Positions 56,051-64,000 of a stretch of 64,000 bases of DNA are shown here, in pieces. Each line of letters opens with the position of its first letter. Position 1 is the first letter of the stretch. The notes under the pieces were generated by a model. It saw only the letters and a program-made list of their open reading frames with translations. It ran no database searches and was not told where the DNA came from. The DNA is from the human T2T-CHM13v2.0 reference genome, Homo sapiens. A program made the translations under genes and the position numbers. Location: assembly GCA_009914755.4 (NCBI GenBank), contig CP068257.2, positions 13,728,001 through 13,792,000 on the forward strand. The letters are read 5' to 3'.

Positions 56051-59000
56051 CAGGGGGATGCTGGAGATGTTCAATGCTAAATAAAATGTAGTTTATGACC
56101 TAAATGCATGTATATGACAAGAGATGCCATCACTGGTATGATAAAACCATAAAGAATATTCTGTGCAGAGTTGATCATTTCTTTTAAGGCCAGTTTTCCC
56201 ACCTTCTTGGCTTGGCTAACACTATACCTCTTTCAAGTTTCAGATGAGACAGAATTTTTCTAGAAAGCCCTATGTGCTTTCTCTCACCATCTCATAATGT
56301 CATCTTGAAGTAGTATCATTACTAACCCAATCTTAACAGATGAGGAAGCTGAGGCTCAAAAATGGCAAAAAATTTTCCCAAATTTATACAAGCAATTTAT
56401 TGTGGGGTGAATATTTCAAACCAAGTCTATCTTCAAAGCCAGTGAAGATTTTGGTCTTATTTACTATCTTGGTAATGGGTTTATAACCAGGTGATTATTT
56501 CTGAAAGGAGATGATAACCCTTTAAACTGTACATCACATATCATTTCAGCTGCAAAAAATTAAAAATGTGATTATTCAAGTTCATAAATTATATTTTACG
56601 CATAATCAATTTAACGGTAGAAGCTTTTCAGGAGGCTCATTGGGAAATCATAATGAAAGTGAGACAAGAATTGTCTTTTGGTCTACGTATATTCTGAATG
56701 AGTGCCCCAAAGAAGAGAGCTTCACCTTGCAACTCTCACCACTCTTCTCAGAGGGTGTGTGTCAGAGAATTAAGTATACTGAGGTTGCACATTGACACAA
56801 CACACTTTGAAGAGGATGGTGACTTTTATTATAGATAAGAGGCAAATATTGGGAAATAGAAACATGTCTCTGAAAGTGAAATTCAAAGGCAAAAGAAGAT
56901 TGTATATTAACTGTACTTATATTTGAAAATATAAAGCATGAAATATATAAAAATATAAAAGATATGTCATAATTTTTAAAGATATGAATATAGCTGTATG
57001 AATATCATAAGCAAGAAAAGAAGTTCTATTTGTGAGTCGACCCTCTCAAAATGAGATTGATGATGAATGCCATGTTACTTCAATTGTTAAGTATTCTTCT
57101 GCTATGTCATAATGATAAAAATGTCACAACCATTTAATTATTAATTTCTCATACGATGGGTAAGTTAGATTCAGAAAATGAACTCTTGTGCAGTATGAAC
57201 TCATTCTACCTCACCAAGAAGCTATAAGAAAAGGCTTTTTGTAAGCCTCATACATCCTGTGCATAGCATACAGGATCTAATGTAAACTTCACAATAATTC
57301 TGCAAGGCAAGAAGGATTGTCCCTCTTTTGCAGATTCAGAAACTGGGGCTCAGAAGGATCTTAGAAGTGGCTCCATGTTCACAGCTGGTTAGCTGGCAAA
57401 GAGAGATTCAAGATTTTCAAATTCAAGATTTTCAAATCTTTCAAAAAGAGATTTTAAATAGTGCCCCATTACCCATGCTTTTTCTACTAGGCTGTACCCA
57501 GTCTCAAAATTCCTGGCTTCCAGCCGTTCACTTAAGATACTGGTTTAAGCTGCCTGTAGATAAGAAGATAATGTGTTAAGACACTGAACGCTGACATAGA
57601 GATTTTAGTCCTCTTCAGTAAGAATCAATTTTTCAAAATCTGGAGCAAACTCAAAAGCTCCATTTTTGGATGATACTAGTATAATCACCAAAATTGAGTC
57701 ATCCCTTAAACAGTAATAATTTGCACAATAGTAAACTCCCTTTGTTCTGATGGCCAGTATTTCTTAGGGGTAATACTTCACCCTGCATTCATTGAGAGGC
57801 CATGTGGCATCTCTGTGACTTTTGACACCAAGATCTGACCTTTCTGTGGGCCATCCAGGGCTTAGCCACTGACATCAACCACTCCTTTTACTATACCATT
57901 TCATGTTCTGTGGCTCTTAAACAAGAACAGATAGCATGATGTCCTCTGTTAAAAACCTAAGAAATCAAATTATCCTGTTATTAAACTTGTCCTGACATAA
58001 GTTACATGTTTTTGGTGTGATAGATGTGTGTATGGCGACAGAAAGCCAAGCATAGCTTGCAGTTTCCTGAAAGGATCTGCAGAAAAACTGAAATCTGGGA
58101 GTCATTTTGAAGTCAAGACTGTGGCCATAAATGTACTATTATTTCACTCAGTGGAACTGAGCACCTTCCTCAGGAGAGTCCTAAACAGAAACGGGAGGAC
58201 AGGAAGTGAGCCAGATACTATTCTGAGCTTCACACTTCCCAAAGTCCTCCAGGAAGAATCTCAGCCATTACGACATCATTGTCTCTTGGGACCTCCACAA
58301 TTAGGTACTTTCCTGAGAAAACATCCATGATTCCTTGTTTTCCTGCTTTTTCTGTTTCTTACTATGGTCCTTTGTACATGTGTTTCCCCATTCTTCTGCA
58401 TTAAATGAAGCTTTTGAAAACAGACAATGAGATGTCTTGTCTTTCTCTACAGCACCTCTTCCCACTTCCCCCTTCCCCCAGTCCCACCTGGGCATCCATT
58501 GCTGGTAGGTAGGAGAGAAACTGACCTGCAATATTAAAGGTGAACCAAAGCCCTAGATATCCCAAAAGGGAGCTCTGAAGAGGGAATTACCTGTCAGGTT
58601 TCCCCATGTAGCAGGGTCTTCTTTTTCCCTCACACACACCTTTGCTTATCGCTGGATGCAGGTGCCCTGGAGTGGGTGGGACCTCAGGAGAGGTAGGCTG
58701 CACTCTGTAGCTGAGGTCAACCTCAAGGGGGCACTGGTTGGAGGCTGTCTGCTGACCACATGCCCTGAAGCTGGGCACCACATCTCTCCCTACAGGAGGA
58801 TCTGGGTGGGACATCTAGGTGACCAACACACTTCCCATGTTACTCCACAAAAATGTTCTTCCTTACCATACACATATTGATGATGGCTACTAAAATATCA
58901 CCTTCCAGATATTAATTTTAATGCAAACATTTCTGAGAAGTAACCCTTTAAGCTGGTACCCACTATCAATTTCTTGGTGAAACAGCTTCCTTTCTTTCCC

Positions 59001-60476
59001 ATGAGAAAGTTTTAAAAGGAACAAGAAGGCATTAGGTACAGCAGCCAAAGAGCATGGTGCATTTGGGTGTGTGGGGGCATCAACCAATGCCACTCCTTAG
59101 TGTGGGGCCATTACATTAGTGTAATGTGTTTTGTGTTGCTATAAAGGAATAGCTGAGACTGGTTAGTTTAAGAAGAAAAGGGGTTTATTTAGCTCATGGT
59201 TCTGCAGGCGATATATGCATGGCACCAGCATTAGCTTGGCTTCTGGTGAAGCCCCAGGAAGCTTTTACTTATGGCAGAAGATGAAGAGGGAGCAGGTGTG
59301 TCATCCAGCAAGAGAGGGAGCAAGAGAGAGGAGGAGGTGCCAGGCTGCTTTAAACAATCAGCTCTTGAGTAAACTAATAGAGTGAGAACTCACTCATTGC
59401 CGTGGGGAGGTCACCAGGCCATTCATGAGGGATCCACCCCCATGATCCAAATACCTTCCACTAGGCCCCGCCTCTAACACTGGGGATCACGTTTCCACAT
59501 GAGATTCGGAGGGGACAAACATCCAAACCATATCAGCAATCTCCTCACTTTACAGATGAGGAGACCAAGGTTCCAAGAAGTGAGGTGGCCCAGGCAGAGC
59601 CCTCCAACTGGTGAGGACGGAACACAGTCTCCTCCTCTGAGCTCTTCCCTTTTGCCTCTTCTCATGCAAGCATACAGAGAACTGGAGGGGCTTTGCCAGC
59701 ACAGACAGGGTATTTGTTTTTAAAGTATAAAATAGTGCCTCTGCCTCAGAAGAGTCATTTGGTCTTCACTCATAAACAGAATAGAGCTCTAGTGCTGGGA
59801 GTGAACTCATTGCTATGCGTGTGTGGACAGTGAGGAATAATGGTTTACTAGTGTGGGAAAAACACAAAAACAAGATCTCTCTAATCTCTCTAAATCTTAT
59901 TTCTTCATAGCTCAGGTGGGGATAATGAATCCTGCTTGCTTATTTCCCAGTGTGGCTGTGAAACTTTAGGAAGAATAAGCTAGTCAGTATTTAGTATAGT
60001 ATTATTTAACAGCAAGCAAGCACTTATTTCAAAAATCCTTTTAGACCTGCTGATAATTTGAAATATTCAAGAAGTGGGACTGCCTGGGTTCTGGACAATC
60101 TCAATGAAGTCCAGCTGTAAACTCTGGTCTAGCTGTACCATTAGGGCCTACTGGGTGAAAACCAGACTTACCTTTAAGATTCTAGTCCCCAACACATATG
60201 GCCTCTTCGATATGATTTTTGAGATGTGTTTGTCTTACTGAAGTCCACTGGGCTAAGAAATTACTTTGGGCTACTGTGCAGCAATGCTTTGTGTTTGCCT
60301 ATTAGATTCCATTTTTAAAGGGCAATTCCTATCTATTGGGCTCTTACTAAGTGATATTCTCTCCAGTGTTATAGATCCCATTTTCTATTAAGCATCTAAT
60401 ATACATCAGATACTTATAGGTTTAAAATTATTTTTAGCATACAACAATGTGAAACAAAATGATGCTCTAATAAAGA

Positions 60477-60535
60477 CGACAACAACAAAAGCAATGGCAA
60501 CAACAACAAAACAACAGCAACAGCAACAACAAAAC
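60477..60535. repeat. (CAA)n-like trinucleotide-rich simple repeat
   Basis: gacaacaacaaaagcaatggcaacaacaacaaaacaacagcaacagcaacaacaaaacc. The minus-strand ORF 60414-60596 (..LLLLPLLLLL..) is its translation. Confidence 0.85.
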
Positions 60536-63500
60536 CATCAGGTTCTATGTAAAGCAGGTGGCAAGAAGAAATGGCATTAAAATAGCGCAGGGCCAAGGAA
60601 TCTCAAGAGAGGCCCTGACAATTGGCACTGAATGTTGATTCTTCAGTAATTACGGAGCTCAGTGACCTGAGAAGAATTGGTGGTGAGCAAGCTTGCCTCA
60701 GCTATGCTTCCCACCCCCGTGTTTGTGCCAGCTGGGGGCCCAGGGCTGGTTTAAATTCTAGCAAGACTCTCATACCAGTGCAAACATTTACAAAATACTG
60801 GGTGTTTATCTTGGCCTCGAAGAAAGGTAAGCATCTTTTGGAGTTCACCTGACATTAAAAACATATTTAAACTTGGGGTATTGGCCTGTTGAAATTGTCC
60901 TATATGGATGTATTTGTGATGATTTAGGATGATTTTATAATAGTAATTCCCCACCCTTAACATTCTGTATATTCGCCAACATTTATTGAATGGGAACTAG
61001 GATGGGGAGGTGGAACACCTCAAAGGCCAAGTCTGACATTATGCATCCCATAATAGTAGTACTGCAGTGCTCAGGACTGAACTGCAAGGAATTATTATCA
61101 TACTGTTTTTCCTGTAAAACAGTGATGTATATGAAATACTGAGAGTAGGGCTACGCAGTGACTTGCTTTTTCAGTGGTGCTAGATTCTTCTATTCTCTCC
61201 TGACCTCTCACTGAGAACACTGAAAAAGGTTAAGAGGCCAAAGAGTAGCTACAGAGAGAAAATACATTGCTCTGTCCTCATTAACACAGTGCTCAAACCA
61301 AGTGAGGCAAAAGGTTTAGAGAAACAATTTCCCTTTCAATGCCCAAGTAATGTTAATCTGTAAAAATTATCTATGTACTTTGTGCCAAATAAGGTAAACA
61401 ATAAAAGTAGAGAGCTATTTCCTTTACACTAAAAGATGAAAAGTAGCAAATTGGTCGAGAGGGAGAAAATTGGATGGAAGTTCAAACTTTTCCTCTGCAA
61501 GTTTGATAACGGAATCTGCCAAAGTAAACTGGCAATAGAAAGATTAATGGGAGAAAAGTTAAACAAATTTATAATGCATAAGTGCATGGGAGTCACATAA
61601 GGTATAAAACTCAAGGGCTAGAAGGTTGAAGATTAAATGTCCTCTTTATAGGAAAGAGGAAAGTAGTAGATATAGGCAATTGTAGTAGAAGAGAAAATGA
61701 TTTCTAGAGGAGATTAATGGGTCTGAAGAACAAACAGTTGCCTGGGATAATTTTCCTCCAGGCTCTGGGTACATGGTTACAATTTACAGAAAGGTAAGGG
61801 GCAGGACTGCACTGTGAACAGAGGTTGTCTTATTATGGAGATAAAGTCCCTCAGGTAACAGTTCTCATAGGAATAGATAAAAAGCCTGTTTGGGTGGGTG
61901 TGGTCATGGTCTTAGTTTCCTTTTCCATGATTAATATTCCCTGGTTAGTGAGGGGAACAGGGGATCGAAGGCAATTGTGTTTTTTGGAAGAACTTCCCTT
62001 AGTCAGATAAGAAAACTTCAGAGAGAGCTCCTGCCTGTGCTTGGAGGGAGAAATTAAGGGAGGGCCAGAGAAACTTCAATTCTGGGGCAGCTTCTAAGTC
62101 CTTCCAACTTCCTTTAATACAAAGTGCTCAGCATGCAAAAGTGCCGTACCTTGGGGTATCATTTTCTGTTGACTAGCCCAAAAGAATGAAGCTTAAAAAA
62201 AAAAGAGAATCTCCAAATTTTTCTAATTTATAAAAATTGAATGAATGTGGCATTGAATGTGTATATATAATCACTTTTACTTTCAGGAGTATCTTCCAAC
62301 TCTGAAATTCTATGATTCTAAGACACATTCTATGTAATATCTTTCCTTGAAAAGATGTATTTTCTCTCTGATACCTAAAATCCTTTCCTTTGGATAGAGA
62401 AAGGATTTTCTTCCTTTTATATACATGCATTCACCACAAATTAATCAAGCAGAATATTGCTGGTACTTAAAAACAAATAAGCTGTAGCTCCTGTCCTCAA
62501 AGAGCTTACAGTCTAGGCAAAGATAAGTCATTAATTCATTAATAGACCTTACTGAAAATTTTGCAAGTGGAAGTTCACTTTCTAGTTTTCTCTGTCACAC
62601 TAAGATGAGATATCACAAAGAGCTACAAAGAATCAGGCTCAATTTTCATCCATAGACTAAACATATTTCATTTCAGTGATGATATATTTCTATGATGTGT
62701 TTTGATGAATACAGCTATCATTACATAGGGCTCCTTGAGAACTCTGAATGTTCAAAAATAGGAATTAGCACTACAATAAAAAGTATATATAGGTATTTTT
62801 GGCAGAGTATATACTGTAATCAGTAAAACATAAAATGGCTTTAAAAATATGTAAGATATGTTTACAGGGATTTAAAACAGAGTGTCTTAACCATTTTAAA
62901 GTAATATAGTGCTAAAGTGCATGCTGAGTAATTCCAGGAGGTCTTCTTTTTTTTTTTTTTTTTTTTTTGGTGGTTGTATAATTTAAATGATTCTTAATTT
63001 TAAAATGCATTTTTGGCCAAGACATTTAATGTTGAAAAGTGCCTATTCAGCATGCAAGAGACCATAAGTGTTTTTCATAAGAATTTTTATTATAAAGCTA
63101 CATGAATTTTAAAAATAGTTATTTACACAAAAGGGCCTAATGGCTCCAATAGTTTAACAGATCAATAATCAATGTTCTTAAAAGTCACTTAATTCAAATT
63201 TATGTAATCTGCATTACGAAAAGATCTTATATACATATTTACAGCATAACTCCTAGTGATTTCTTTATAACTATCTCTGTCCCTAATGTCATCTTATGCT
63301 CCTTTATGATAGAAATATTTTTAAGACCAACACTTTGAAAATATCAAAAGATATTATTGCATAAACAAATACACTGGAAGTCACCTAAGGCTGTGACAAT
63401 GCCTCTATAATAAAGATATTTAGTTGTCTTCCTTTTTGTGATTTTCCTAATTGTGAATAGAAGAAAATTCAAAGAAAATTACAGAAGAGTTTACAATAAA

Positions 63501-64000
63501 AGATTCCTAGTATCTTAAATGTCTGCCAAAACAACTTATATGGCTTTTGTTAGTTGTCATATTGAAGAGGAAATTAAAGACACCATAGCAACCCAAAATT
63601 TTCCAAGAATCTGTGGACATATGAGTCTGCTGTGTGCTTTTCAATATTTACAGAGTCAACTATAAGCTATCATGGTTTTATAAAGCTGGTAGTAGTCCAA
63701 TCCCACATACATGTCAAGTGCCTTTGGGAACAACAAATAACTCATTAGACCTGTCCCCAAGTCTCCAGTTTATAATCCTCTTCAGATTATGTGTTGTCCT
63801 TTGGGTTTTGAAAAAAACCACATAACAAAACCTACTTCTTTTCCAGGCCCAAGTTTGTGATGCTTTCTTACTTCTCCAAGTTCACCTCGCTAGTAACAGT
63901 ACTATTTCCTCAAAATTAAACCCAGAGGCAGTTTGATGCAGACAACTTCTTTGAGTTTCCCATAACCAAAAAATATATATTGACATTTGTGCTGGACTGC

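Noticed and set aside
57401-57447. Short direct repeat caagattttcaaat x 2 followed by ctttcaaaaagagatttt
   Set aside because: It is only two ~14-bp copies in AT-rich sequence. That is too short and degenerate to call a regulatory element or repeat family.
60414-60596. 60-aa minus-strand ORF with a LLLLPLLLLL stretch
   Set aside because: It is a translation of the (CAA/TTG)n simple repeat at 60477-60535.

Overview
This 64-kb window is primate (almost certainly human) nuclear DNA, not prokaryotic sequence. It is AT-rich (roughly 38-40% GC) and dominated by interspersed repeats. It contains at least ten Alu-derived elements, including seven antisense Alus with 5' poly-T runs and a free right Alu monomer. 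Several of the Alus are CpG-rich and young-looking, with intact target-site duplications (TSDs). A large nested LINE-1 complex spans ~16.1-24.0 kb: an old L1M in + orientation, interrupted by a palindromic element with terminal inverted repeats (TIRs) and by a primate L1P in - orientation that itself carries two Alus and an unclassified insert. Further L1 3' fragments lie at 14.7, 41.2 and 54.7-56.0 kb. Three MaLR-type LTRs are present (THE1-like at 39.3 kb; MST/MLT1-like at 24.8 and 35.5 kb). Four same-orientation copies or fragments of one diverged, unnamed LTR family lie within 12 kb (2.9, 5.6, 8.2, 14.1 kb). MIR/L2-like relics, a 22-bp x ~29 minisatellite, an 81-bp x 2 tandem duplication and a 220-bp compound CT/GT/GA tract are also present. 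I find no credible protein-coding exon. The longest ORF is 167 aa, overlaps a MIR and is consistent with chance. I also find no rRNA or tRNA gene, no CRISPR array and no CpG island. The supplied six-frame ORF track is essentially noise here, since most of the longer ORFs are translations of Alu, L1, minisatellite or GA-repeat sequence. There is no evidence of an undescribed biological system, and in particular nothing resembling a defence or operon-like system. The findings below are structural or evolutionary curiosities of a gene-poor, repeat-rich human region. Each would need RepeatMasker/Dfam, a BLAT placement on the human assembly and population variant data to verify. All coordinates were counted by hand and may be off by a few bases.
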